From positions 62,001-126,000 of the forward strand of contig NIVC01000556.1 in assembly GCA_002269645.1 (NCBI GenBank): DNA of 64,000 nucleotides, given 5' to 3'. Positions 12,801 through 23,149 of this stretch are shown here, piece by piece. The translations under genes and the position numbers were made by a program. Origin of the DNA: Macrostomum lignano (Eukaryota). The number at the start of each line of letters is the position of its first letter. Within the stretch, counting starts at the first letter, position 1. The notes under the pieces are model-generated. The model saw only the letters and a list, made by a program, of their open reading frames with translations. It was not told where the DNA came from and made no database searches.

Positions 12801-15800
12801 TTCACTAAGGACATGTTCTACGCTATTAATGGCGGCACTCTGGCCGTCACGCCTCGGTATTTTCAATTCATCACGCACTGCGTTGACGCCTTCAATATAT
12901 TGCGGAGAAATTCTATTCTATTGTTGACCATGATTAAGCTTATGCTGCCGGCTAATATCCCCAGGTGAGTGAGGTATTTCAGATGACTTGCATAATTGGG
13001 GGATTCTAGCTGGGATAATCTGGATTAAGATTGGGATAACTGAGGAATAAGCCGGCTTATCCTAGGATAATCTTGGGGATTACATTTGTAATATTGGGAT
13101 AATCAGAATTAAGATTGGGATAATTCGGGATTATGATTGGGATAATCAGAATTAAGATTGGGGTAATTCGGGATTATGATTGGGATAATTGGGGATTAAT
13201 ATTGGGATATTTGATGTTAGGATTGGAATATTTGAAGATTAGGATTGGGATAATTGGGATCATGATTAAGAAAATTGGGGAATTATGATTGGGATAATTG
13301 GGGATTAAGTTTAAGATAATTCGGGATTATGATTGGGATTATTAGGGGTTAAGATTCGGATAATTTTGGGATTAATATTGAGATAATTGGGAATTAATAT
13401 AGAAATATTTGAAGATTAAGATTGGGATGATTGGAATTAAAATTGGGATAGTTAGGAATTAAATTTGGAAAAATTGGGAACTAATGTTTGGATAATTAGG
13501 GATTAAGAGTGGGATAATTTAGCAATAGTGACTGGGCAGGTAGACTTTACTTCAAACACGCACCCCCCCGAAACAACGGGCTCAGGTTCAACCTAGAAGG
13601 CATCGAATACGTGCAAGCCCGTCTGGAGCTGTCGCTTAACGAGCTGCAGGCTGGCCGCAAGCTCACCGTCCTGCTAGACAAATGCCTTCGCGACGACAGT
13701 GCCGAGTTGAATTTTCGAATTCACACAATGTTCAATCCTGAGCAGCAGCAGCAGCAGCAATCTCAATCCTCGCCATCAACTGAGACGCTAAGGCACAGCA
13801 TACGTCAAGACGGCGAAATTGTTGAAGTGACCGCCATCCGAGCTCTCGGTCCGTCTATGCCCGACTCTATAGATGTCCGAGTTCGAAGCTCGAACAGCCA
13901 ACAGCAACAGCAGCAGCAGTTGCAGTTTCTATTTTCAGTTCGGCGTCGTGGCGGCTCCACCGGCCGAGTCCAGCTGTCTCGCGACGACATCGCCCGGTTC
14001 TGGACGGCGGCCCGGTCGGCTTACCCGGCCGTCATGTCCGGACAGCCGTTTCCGGACGGCCTGTCGAAGGCGGACACAGCCGAAGAGACGGCCGCGGTGT
14101 TGGAGAGCTGGTTGACTGACCTGCTCACCGTTGATGGCATCGGCCGGTCCGATCTGCTGTACTCGCTGCTGCACCCCAATGTTGATGACTCGCTCAGCTC
14201 GGCCTTCTATACCGACTGCGAACCGCAGCTGGGCGGCGAGCCGGGGCACCGGATCAGCTTGCAGACTCACGGCTATGGGGAGCAGCCCAGCCTAAAGGTT
14301 GGGCACTTTTGTTAATTATTCACTAATTTACGCACTCACTCACTCCTATTTACTCAGTCATTCGTTCGCTCACTCCTATTTACTCAGTCATTCGTTCACT
14401 CACTCCTATTTACTCAGTCATTCGTTCGCTCACTCCTATTTACTCAGTCATTCGTTCACTCACTCCTATTTACTCAGTCATTCGTTCACTCACTCTCGTA
14501 TTTACTCAGTCACTCACTCTCATATTCACTCAGGCATTCGTTCACTCACTCACTCACTCACATATTTACTTAGTCACTCCCTCACTCATTCAGTCACTCA
14601 CTTATTCACTCACTCACTCACTCACTCACATATTTACTCAGTCACTCCCTCACTCATTCAGTCACTCACTTATTCACTCACTCACTCACATATTTACTCA
14701 GTCACTCCCTCACTCATTCAGTCACTCACTCTCTTATTTACTCAGGCATTCGTTCACTCATTCACTCACATATTTTAACTTAGTCGTTAGTTCACTCACT
14801 CACTCATTCAGTCACTTACTTATTCATTCACTCACTCACTCACTCACTCACATATTTACTCAGTCACTCCCTCACTCATTCAGTCACTCACTCTCTTATT
14901 TACTCAGGCATTCGTTCACTCACTCACTCACATATTAACTTAGTCGTTAGTTCACTCACTCACTCATTCAGTCACTCACTTATTCACTCACTCACTCAAT
15001 CACTCTCATATTTACTCATTCATTCGTTCACTCACTCACATTTTTATCAGTCACTCGTTTTTTATTCTATTTTTAACGCATGAACCGACAGTCTAAAAGT
15101 CCTTGTTTGTAATTTTTAATCTGAAGAATAGTTTTGCTCACTATTCGTCATTACACTACTACCTTCTTAAATAATAGTAGTATAAATGCACTCAATATAG
15201 ATCTCTTTTATCTGTAGTTAATAAAAAGGCGATAAATTAAAAAAGTATACGAGTGTAATTGTAACAAAATCATAGTAATATTGAAAACAGTCAACTTCCT
15301 GCTTCACAGTTCAAAGAGCTCTCTGACTCAGAATTAGAAAATCTAAAGTTTGAATTTAAAGAGAAGCTTTGCACACCTATTCATGATTAATGAGTGAAGG
15401 ATGCGTTGGAATGGAGGTTTTGACAGGTTGGCCTCATCAATAATTATTATTAGTTTTTAGGGAAGGTATTGGATTTATAGCTACTCAGGTTCACACCTTC
15501 ACACATCTTCTCCTGGCGATAGATGATGGCTGCTTTACAGCTTAGCTTCTCGAGAAAAGAGGTTCTTAGCAAACACTTTAGCCCTGATAATCCCTGTGCT
15601 ACTTTGGCAGCTAAATTCTTTCGTTAAAACCTGCTGTTTTTGTCGATATTTTTCCGCATGTCTGTGTCTGCACGCTCGCTTTAATAATATAGAATCTCAA
15701 CTTTTTCCCAGCTTTCGGCAGCCTGTACTACCATGTCACTTTTATTCCCGAATCTCCTGTCACTTTTATCCCCAAATCTCCCGTCACTTTTATCCCCAAA

Positions 15801-18231
15801 TCCCCCTCCACTTTTATCACCAAATCTCCACCTTTATCCTCAAATCTTCCTTACTTTTATCCCTAAATCTCCCGTACTTTAAATCTCCCATACTTTTATC
15901 CCTAAATTTCCCATACTTTTATCCCCAAATCTCCGCCACTTTTATCCCCAAATCTCCGCCACTTTATCCCCAAATCCCCCTCCACTTTTATCACCAAATC
16001 TCCACCTTTATCCTCAAATCTTCCTTACTTTTATCCCTAAATCTCCCGTACTTTAAATCTCCCATACTTTTATCCCTAAATTTCCCATACTTTTATCCCC
16101 AAATCTCCGCCACTTTTATCCCCAAATCTCCGCCACTTTATCCCCAAATCCCCTATACTTTTATCCTCAAATCTCCCGTCACTTTTATCCCTATATCTCC
16201 CTAACTTTTAACACCAAATCTCCACTTTTATCCTCAAATCTCCCATACTTTTATCCCTAAATCTCCCATACTTTTATCCCCAAAGCTTCCTTACTTTTAA
16301 CCCAAATCTCCCTCTCTTTTATGTCCAAATCCCTCTCTAAGAGTCTAAATGTTCAATAATCATCCTACAATATTTATTACCTGTAACTAACATAAATTTT
16401 CGGGCTTCACGTGTAAAAGTGGCTAAGAGAACATGCTTTGCAATCCAATGTGTGCATCTTACTGTTTTGAAGACGCGATTGTGCATCTCAGGCAAGACGT
16501 TTTTTCCCCTGTGCTGTGTTTTTTTTGCCTCTCGATCTTCACACCTGACTCATTTTGACAGCTTGTTAGTTAGCTTGGCGCGTATATATTTATGTATAAC
16601 TTCTGATGATCCTTCGTGCACTGGCGTGATTGGCACTCGCTCTTGTTTTGGACCTAACGACTGGTGTTGGACTGTCCCCATTAGTTGGTTTGGTTGTAGC
16701 TTTTTTATGTTATGTTAGGCGTTTGCACCTGGCATTTGCATGTGATGTAGTTTCACGCATTTTTATGAATTAATTACTCACTTTTTCATTATGAGCTAAT
16801 TCTATTTGCCCTTAATCTATGACATCTTACCTCTGACACCTCTCTACCTGACACTTTTCTTTCTGACACCTCTCCACCTGACACCTCTCTACCTGACACT
16901 TTTCTGCCTGACTCCTCTCTACCTGACACTTTTCTACCTGACACCTCTCTACCTGACACTTTTCTTTCTGACACCTCTCCACCTGACACCTCTCTACCTG
17001 ACACCTCTCCACCTGACACTTTTCTACCTGACACTTTTTCTACCTGACACTTTTTCTACCTGACACTTTTCTACCTGACACTTTTCTACCTGACACCTCT
17101 CTACCTGACACTTTTCTTTCTGACACCTCTCCACCTGACACCTCTCTACCTGACACCTCTCCACCTGACACTTTTCTACCTGACACTTTTCTACCTGACA
17201 CCTCACTACCTGACACTTTTCTACCTGACACTTTTCTACCTGACACTTTTCTATCTGACACCTCTCTACCTGACACTTTTCTATCTGACACCTCTCTACC
17301 TGAAACTTTTCTACCTGACACCTCTCTATCTGACACCTCTCTACCTGACACCTCTCTACCTGACACTTTTCTATCTGACGCTTTTCTACCTGAACCCTCT
17401 CTACCTGACACTTTTCTACCTGACACCTCACTACCTGACACTTTTCTACCTGACACTTTTCTACCTGACACTTTTCTATCTGACACCTCTCTACCTGACA
17501 CTTTTCTATCTGACACCTCTCTACCTGAAACTTTTCTATATGACACCTCTCTAACTGACACTTTTCTATCTGACACCTCTCTACCTGACACTTTTATACC
17601 TGACCTCTCTCTACCTGACACCTCTTCACCTGACACCTGACACCTCTCTACCTGATAATTTTTGTATCTAACACTTCTCTACCTGACAATTTTATACCTG
17701 GCCCCTCTCTACCTGACCCTTTTCTATCTGACACCTACCTGACACCTTCTCCTATCTGACGTCTCTTAACTAGCAGTCACTCCCACACCTGCAGCCGCTC
17801 CATCAAACACCTAACACCTGTTCCCCCGTTGCTCCAACCAGGCCGGTTTTCTATACGAAGCCAAATCGGAGACTCTGTACATCAGCGTAGAATACCTGAC
17901 CAACTTAAGCAGCACTGCTCAGCTATCGGGCGGCAGTCTTTATTTAAAACTCTACCTGTTGCCCGGGCCGGATCGGCGATCGAAGCAGAAAATCCGTTTC
18001 TGTCAGGACGAGCTGTCCGGCAGGCGGAACCATTTCCTAGTGACAGAGAATGTCGTCACCTATTCGTTGAATCGTAGAGAGCTGTCGCACAAGCAACTGT
18101 CCATAGCCGTGTGGATTAACCCTGCCATACATTCGGCCAGGGAGTTGCATCGATTGTGCGTGCCATTGTCCAAGTACCTTGACGAGTGCGTGCACTACGA
18201 ATTGCTGAAGTTTCCCGCCGGTTCTGCCTGA
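518..18231 (+). CDS. PIK3C2A: Class II phosphoinositide 3-kinase (PI3K-C2-like), 11 exons in window, 5'-partial (N-terminal exons upstream of window)
   Basis: Hand-spliced exons all have GT..AG boundaries and mutually consistent phases (4266 nt, divisible by 3). The translation shows the class II order RBD, C2, helical, kinase, PX, C-terminal C2. Kinase motifs include [42 protein letters not shown] and HIDFAK. The symbol denotes the closest remembered family member, not proven orthology. Confidence 0.95.
947..1392. repeat. 42-bp minisatellite in PI3K intron 1, each unit with a TATCGATATCGATA palindrome
   Basis: Unit acttggttaacttgctgattctaagaatatcgatatcgatac, about 10 copies. Confidence 0.95.
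1491..1635 (+). CDS. PIK3C2A: PI3K-C2 exon: Ras-binding domain core
   Basis: tttcctcag|ta ... cc|gtgagt. Peptide SSKVEDVMFSLL...FLLRICGRDEYLRP resembles the RBD motif 'YVLKVCGQEEVL'. Not in the ORF track because it is short. Confidence 0.9.
1646..3290. repeat. ~27-bp C-rich minisatellite in PI3K intron 2
   Basis: Unit ~ccccctccgatcttcccctgtctgatt. Confidence 0.95.
3344..3529 (+). CDS. PIK3C2A: PI3K-C2 exon: end of RBD and linker
   Basis: aaacccgcag|a ... ag|gtgagg, phase 2 to 2. Peptide DEALRSHSVFQETCRCQRYEFSLERIS...FLGRSKEDLE. Confidence 0.85.
3560..4800. repeat. ~25-bp CT-rich minisatellite in PI3K intron 3
   Basis: Unit ~tgtcactctccctctcattatgtct with tgtcactctacttctcactctggct variants. 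Confidence 0.95.
4903..5486 (+). CDS. PIK3C2A: PI3K-C2 exon: helical bundle and start of C2 domain
   Basis: The phase-2-compatible acceptor ctactccag|c lies within ORF 4838..5686; donor g|gtgagt. Peptide AAISQLLNEF...IQIVKFIC...VSCELHHGEKRL...SLKFY. Confidence 0.85.
5508..7435. repeat. 23-32-bp minisatellite in PI3K intron 4 with a ~992-bp higher-order duplication
   Basis: Unit tatcagtgtcttgtgtgtctatc. The same variant block starts at ~5581 and ~6573. Confidence 0.95.
7611..7786 (+). CDS. PIK3C2A: PI3K-C2 exon: C2 domain core
   Basis: ttaaattcag|ac ... aag|gtgtgt. Peptide WRESAQLTF...VSSLPRETVLSFTLFG...AIGWVRLRLFDAK, a typical PI3K C2 motif. Confidence 0.92.
7816..8060. repeat. 21-bp minisatellite in PI3K intron 5
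   Basis: Unit gtgtctttgtgcttatcccgc. Confidence 0.9.
8216..8520 (+). CDS. PIK3C2A: PI3K-C2 exon: end of C2 domain and linker
   Basis: gatcctag|gga ... ag|gtgcgt. Peptide GALKQGSYLLPMW...IVFPP...FHRIVNRKFTE. Confidence 0.88.
8554..8950. repeat. 41-42-bp minisatellite in PI3K intron 6
   Basis: Unit aatgtacattcagttaaccaagccgctcaatccctcaccctg. Confidence 0.95.
8987..9614 (+). CDS. PIK3C2A: PI3K-C2 exon: helical (PIK accessory) domain
   Basis: catcccgcag|c ... aag|gtgaac. Peptide includes LQLLGPEFADIEVREFAVRHL, ERYLPQMTQAL and FYWQLK. Confidence 0.93.
9700..11075. repeat. 22-23-bp minisatellite in PI3K intron 7 (interrupted by a ~195-bp insertion)
   Basis: Unit ctagctaagcatcacctgaacc. Confidence 0.95.
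10831..11026. mobile_element. ~195-bp insertion with inverted termini (solo LTR or MITE)
   Basis: Ends are TTGTAGTGC...GCACTACAA, flanked by a TCA/TCA duplication (or TG..CA ends with ATCAT/ATCAC). Removing it plus one duplication restores a perfect array unit. Confidence 0.8.
11113..11549 (+). CDS. PIK3C2A: PI3K-C2 exon: kinase N-lobe and hinge
   Basis: gtccctcag|atc ... ag|gtatga. Peptide [54 protein letters not shown]. Confidence 0.95.
11575..12525. repeat. 29-bp G-rich minisatellite in PI3K intron 8, many units containing TTAGGG
   Basis: Unit ggaaatcggatgggatttcttagggtgtg. Confidence 0.95.
12608..12964 (+). CDS. PIK3C2A: PI3K-C2 exon: kinase catalytic and activation loops
   Basis: cccatcgcag|c ... 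ag|gtgagt. Peptide [46 protein letters not shown]. Confidence 0.96.
12990..13520. repeat. Degenerate ~21-22-bp minisatellite in PI3K intron 9
   Basis: Unit ~gattgggataattcgggattat. Confidence 0.85.
13586..14297 (+). CDS. PIK3C2A: PI3K-C2 exon: kinase C-terminus and PX domain (with two polyQ inserts)
   Basis: gggctcag|g ... aag|gttggg. Peptide IEYVQARL..NFRIHTMF..QDGEIVEV..LESWLTDLL..SDLLYSLLHP. Confidence 0.9.
14335..15060. repeat. CACT-rich compound mini/microsatellite in PI3K intron 10
   Basis: (cact)n with tatttactcagt inserts. Confidence 0.9.
15735..16325. repeat. ~22-bp minisatellite with a 174-bp higher-order duplication in PI3K intron 10
   Basis: Unit ~cttttatccccaaatctcc. The same block occurs at 15791 and 15965. 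Confidence 0.9.
16820..17760. repeat. 15-bp minisatellite in PI3K intron 10
   Basis: Unit tctacctgacacttt / tctacctgacacctc. Confidence 0.95.
17842..18231 (+). CDS. PIK3C2A: PI3K-C2 last coding exon: C-terminal C2 domain and stop
   Basis: ctccaaccag|gcc, phase 0 matching the previous exon. Peptide TLYISV..LYLKLYLLPGPDRRSKQK..RELSHKQLSIAVW; TGA at 18229-18231. Confidence 0.92.
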   Translation, partial: AGFLYEAKSETLYISVEYLTNLSSTAQLSGGSLYLKLYLLPGPDRRSKQKIRFCQDELSGRRNHFLVTENVVTYSLNRRELSHKQLSIAVWINPAIHSARELHRLCVPLSKYLDECVHYELLKFPAGSA

Positions 18232-18294
18232 TTTTTGAGCCTGTGAAGATTCTATTTGTGCGACTGGTTTAATATTGTAATCAAATGGGTTTGA

Positions 18295-19330
18295 TTTAGT
18301 GCACCTTTAATTACACTGCAGGGGGTTGGCTAATTGATTTAGTACACCTGTAATTACTCTGCGAGAATTGGCTAATTGATTGATTTAGTACACCTGTAAT
18401 TACTCTGCAGGGGTTGGCTAATTGATTTAGTACACCTGTAATTACTCTGCAGGGGGTTGGCTAATTGATTTAGTACACCTGTAATTACTCTGCAGGGGGT
18501 TGGCTAATTGATTTAGTACACCTGTAATTACTATGCAGGGGTTTGGCTAATTAATTTAGTACACCTGTAATTACTCTGCAGGGGGTTGGCTAATTGATTT
18601 AGTACACCTGTAATTACTATGCAGGGGTTTGGCTAATTGATTTAGTACACCTGTAATTACTCTGCAGGGGGTTGGCTAATTGATTTAGTACACCTGTAAT
18701 TACTATGCAGGGATTTGGCTAATTGATTGATTTAGTACACCTGTAATTACTCTGCAGGGGTTGGCTAATTGATTTAGTACACCTGTAATTACTCTGCAGG
18801 GGGTTGGCTAATTGATTTAGTACACCTGTAATTACTCTGCAGGGGGTTGGCTAATTGATTTAGTACACCTGTAATTACTATGCAGGGGTTTGGCTAATTG
18901 ATTGATTTAGTACACCTGTAATTACTCTGCAGGGGGTTGGCTAATTGATTTAGTACACCTGTAATTACTATGCAGGGGGTTGGCTAATTGATTTAGTACA
19001 CCTGTAATTACTATGCAGGGGTTTGGCTAATTGATTTAGTACACCTGTAATTACTATGCAGGGGTTTGGCTAATTGATTTAGTACACCTGTAACTACTCT
19101 GCGGAGGTTGGTTGATTAATTTAGTTTACCTGTAATTACTCTGCAGGGGTTTAACTAATTACACCTGTAATTACTCTGCGGGGGTTTGGTTAATTAATTT
19201 AGTACACCTGTAACTACTCTGCGGGTTTGACTAATTACACCTGTAATTACTCTGTGGGGGATTCGTTAATTAATTTAGCGCACCTGTAATTACTCTGCAG
19301 GGGTTTGGCTAAATAATTTAGCGCACCTGT
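18295..19330. repeat. 42-43-bp minisatellite starting ~60 bp after the PI3K stop codon
   Basis: Unit tttagtacacctgtaattactctgcagggggttggctaattga. Confidence 0.95.
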
Positions 19331-19974
19331 AATTTTGAAGAAATTGTTCCATTGTAACAAAGACAATTTGACTTTTTATGTTTGTGGCTTCCTCGCGTTA
19401 TTCGCCGGTCTGTTTTTGATTTGAATTTATTAAAGATGATAAACACCTTTTATATTTTGAAATTATTATCCTAGTTCTGCTAAAAGTTAACTACTTTGAT
19501 TGTAAATTTCTTAGTGCCACAAACTGAAATTTCTATAAAATTTAGGAATTAATTTGTCCTACTATATATTAGGTTTGACTTCTGTCACAATAACTGTTGT
19601 ACAGGTTGATCGCCGCGAGTTGTTGTAAACCCAGTGTCTTTATAAAATCTGCTTCTTGATTACTGACAACGAATGTTTTTTGTTGTTGATGATTGATTTC
19701 AGAACAAATTGAACAAAAGTTTTTTATTGCGATTTCTGTGCCTGACACTCAGTGCATTCTTGTTGTTTCACGTTCCTCTGTGTTAACCAATTTTATTTTG
19801 TCTGCCATTCTGTATTATTTATTTACTATTATTATAAATATTATTATTAATTACTTAACGTCAGAACCCTATCATTATATAATCGGTTGGCCAAATTGCT
19901 GTTGTATTGCTTGCACCTGTGATTTATGAGGCCTGTGCGTTAGGAATCATTTTGCATCCTATTCATCATCCATT

Positions 19975-20820
19975 CTCTCCCCTCTCCTCTCATCTCTCTC
20001 AGCAGATCTCTTTCACATCATCTCTTTTATCTCTCCTCTCCTCTCATCTCTCTTCTCTCATCTCTTATCTCTCATCTTATCTATCTCTCCTCTCCTCTCC
20101 TCTTTCTCCTCTCCTCTCATCTCTCTTCTCATCTCTCTCCTCTCCTCTCATCTCTCTTCTCATCTCTCTCCTCTCCTCTCCTCTTTCTCTTCTCCTCTCA
20201 TCTCTCTTCTCATCTCTATCCTCTCCTCTCATCTCCTCTTTCTCTTCTCCTCTCATCTCTCTTCTCATCTCTCTCCTCTCCTCTCCTCTTTCCCCTCTCC
20301 TCTCATCTCTCTTCTCATCTCTATCCTCTCCTCTCCTCTCCTCTTTCTCTTCTCCTCTCATCTCTCTTCTCATCTCTCTCCTCTCCTCTCCTCTTTCTCC
20401 TCTCCTCTCATCTCTCTTCTCATCTCTCTCCTCTCCTCTCATCTCTCTTCTCATCTCTCTCCTCTCCTCTCATCTCTCTTCTCATCTCTCTCCTCTCCTC
20501 TCATCTCTCTTCTCATCTCTCTCCTCTCCTCTCCTCTTTCTCTTCTCCTCTCATCTCTCTTCTCATCTCTATCCTCTCCTCTCATCTCCTCTTTCTCTTC
20601 TCCTCTCATCTCTCTTCTCATCTCTATCCTCTCCTCTCATCTCCTCTTTCTCTTCTCCTCTCATCTCTCATCTCATCTCTCTCCTCTCCTCTCCTGTCCT
20701 CTTTCTCCTATTCTCTCATCTCTCTTATCTTATCTTATCTCCCACATCTCATCTTATCTCTCCCCTCTCATCTCTCTCTTCTCTCATCTCTTTCATCTCC
20801 TCTCATCTTTCTTCAGCTAC
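19975..20820. repeat. Polypyrimidine compound repeat (ctctc/ctcatctct)
   Basis: Almost purine-free tract built from 5-9-bp subunits. Confidence 0.9.
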
Positions 20821-21414
20821 TTCATCTAATTTTCTTGCCTTCATTTTTAACTTAAACTTTCTATAACTCGAATATTATATTTATACATTACTGGATATTG
20901 TACTACAAACTTATTAAGCGTTAATTACTGGTGTTGTATATCTTACTGGCTGTGACCTGCACTCAAGAACTGATTAAAGAGTTTTTCCAGACGCCTACAA
21001 CAATTACTAAAATATTACAGTAATTCTGATTGATGACTGTCTATTTTTGATTATCTGTTGTGCCTACATGTATTGTGGCGTGTGTCATGTTTCACAGGCT
21101 AATATTCCAGGTGTAATAAGTAAATCATTTTTTCTAAGAATACACTCTACTTCGTATTTGTGTTACACTGTCTGTTAACCAGATTGGCACATGTACTTAG
21201 ATTTGTAATGGTATTACTGTCAAATCTGTGTTATTTTACTGTTGCGCAACATAAATATGGTTATGATTTTTGTATGCAGAATAATACAAACTTGTGCCGA
21301 CCGACACTGAATTTAATAATAAATATCTGCTTATTGTTAGCAAAAATAAAAACACTTGCTCTGCTGTTTCACTTGCAGACTGACTTTTTTGCTGATGCCT
21401 GAACTGGATATTAT

Positions 21415-22580
21415 GCTGGGCCAGCCTCCCAGATCCTCAGTTGCTGGGCCAGCCTCCCAGATCTTCAGTTGCTGGGCCAGCCTCCCAGAGTGTCAGTTGC
21501 TGGACCAGCCTCTCAGATCCTCAGTTGCTGGGTCAGCCTCCCAGATCCTCAGTTGCTGGGCCAGCCTCCCAGATCCTCAGTTGCTGGGCCAGCCTCCCAG
21601 ATCCTCAGTTGCTAGGCTAGCCTTCCAGATCCTCAGTTGCTAGGCCAGCCTTTCAGATCCTCAGTTGCTAGGCCAGCCTCTCAGATCCTCAGTTGCTGGG
21701 TCAGCCTCCCAGAGTGTCAGTTGCTGGGCCAGCCTCCCAGAGTGTCAGTTGCTGGGCCAGCCTCCCAGATCCCCTGTTGCTGGGCCAGCCTCCCAGATCC
21801 TCAGTTGCTGGGCCAGACTACCGGATCCTCAGTTGCTGTGCCAGCCTCTCAGATCCTCAGTTGCTGGGCCAGCCTCCCAGATCCTCAGTTGCTAGGCCAG
21901 CCTCCCACATTCTCAGTTGCTGGGCCAGCCTCCCAGATCCTCAGTTGCTAGGCCAGCCTTCCAGATCTTCAGTTACTGGGCCAGCCTTCCAGATCCTCAG
22001 TTGCTGGGCCAGCCTCTCAGATCCTCAGTTGCTGGGCCAGCCTCCCAGATCCTCAGTTGCTAGGCCAGCCTTCCAGATCCTCAGTTGCTGGACCAGCCTT
22101 CCAGATCCTCAGTTGCTGGGCCAGCCTTTCAGATCCTCAGTTGCTAGGCCAGCCTTCCAGATCCTTAGTTGCTGGGCCAGCCTCCCAGATCCTCAGTTGC
22201 TAGGCCAGCCTTCCAGATCTTCAGTTACTGGGCCAGCCTTCCAGATCCTCAGTTGCTCGGCCAGCCTCCCAGATCTTCAGTTGCTGGGCCAGCCTCCCAG
22301 ATCCTCAGTTGCTAGGCCAGCCTTCCAGATCCTTAGTTGCTGGGCCAGCCCCCCAGATCCTCAGTTGCTGGGCCAGCCTCCCAGAGTGTCAGTTGCTGGA
22401 CCAGCCTCTCAGATCCTCAGTTGCTGGGTCAGCCTCCCAGATCCTCAGTTGCTGGGCCAGCCTCCCAGAGTGTCAGTTGCTGGGCCAGCCTCCCAGATCC
22501 CCTGTTGCTGGGCCAGCCTCCCAGATCCTCAGTTGCTGGGCCAGACTACCGGATCCTCAGTTGCTGTGCCAGCCTCTCAG
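21415..22580 (+). repeat. 28-bp minisatellite, left arm of an inverted pair
   Basis: Unit gggccagcctcccagatcctcagttgct. Confidence 0.95.
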
Positions 22581-23149
22581 ATCCTCAGTTGCCGAGCAGT
22601 CATTGATTTGCCACAGTGCCCAAAAAAAGTTAACTGGCCATCGCCACAAACTCTCAGTTCATTGTGTCCCACGAGTCACGTGAAGCCCTGTGCGTGCCAT
22701 TCCACACACCCCATCTGAACTCCGTGCACAGGCCCAGCATCACGCAGTTGGTCCCAGCCAATCGGGTCTCGCATCGCGGGCCCAGTCGCAGTCAGTCAGT
22801 CGGTTGACAGCTGGGGCATTCATCAGCATATAATTGGGGTTGCTCCTTCCCGTCTAGTGTGAAAATATAGCGAACTGATATTGTCAGGTCCAACCTTCGA
22901 GATCGTTGCTATGCAGACGGAAGAGAAACCGGAAACTGGTCGACAGTCGCATCAACAGGTGCTTGCGCCGCCGCACCCGATGAGAGCTACGGAGAGGCAG
23001 GACTACCGTGAGAATCCGCAGGTTCCACACTTAGGTTTGTTTATTATGCTGGGAGCTACCTGTTCGAGGGCTTGATTTGAAGGCTAAGTACGAGTAAAAT
23101 GATTTAACCAACTTGTGTTCTACTGAACAAATCTCGATCATCACTCTAA

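Noticed and set aside
15380-16760. Intronic snoRNA in unique parts of intron 10 (ctgatga at ~16603)
   Set aside because: No matching D box, terminal stem or rRNA-complementary guide could be recognised.
947-19330. Regularly spaced 24-43-bp repeats resembling CRISPR arrays
   Set aside because: Units are head-to-tail with no unique spacers, there are no cas genes, and the context is a spliced eukaryotic gene.
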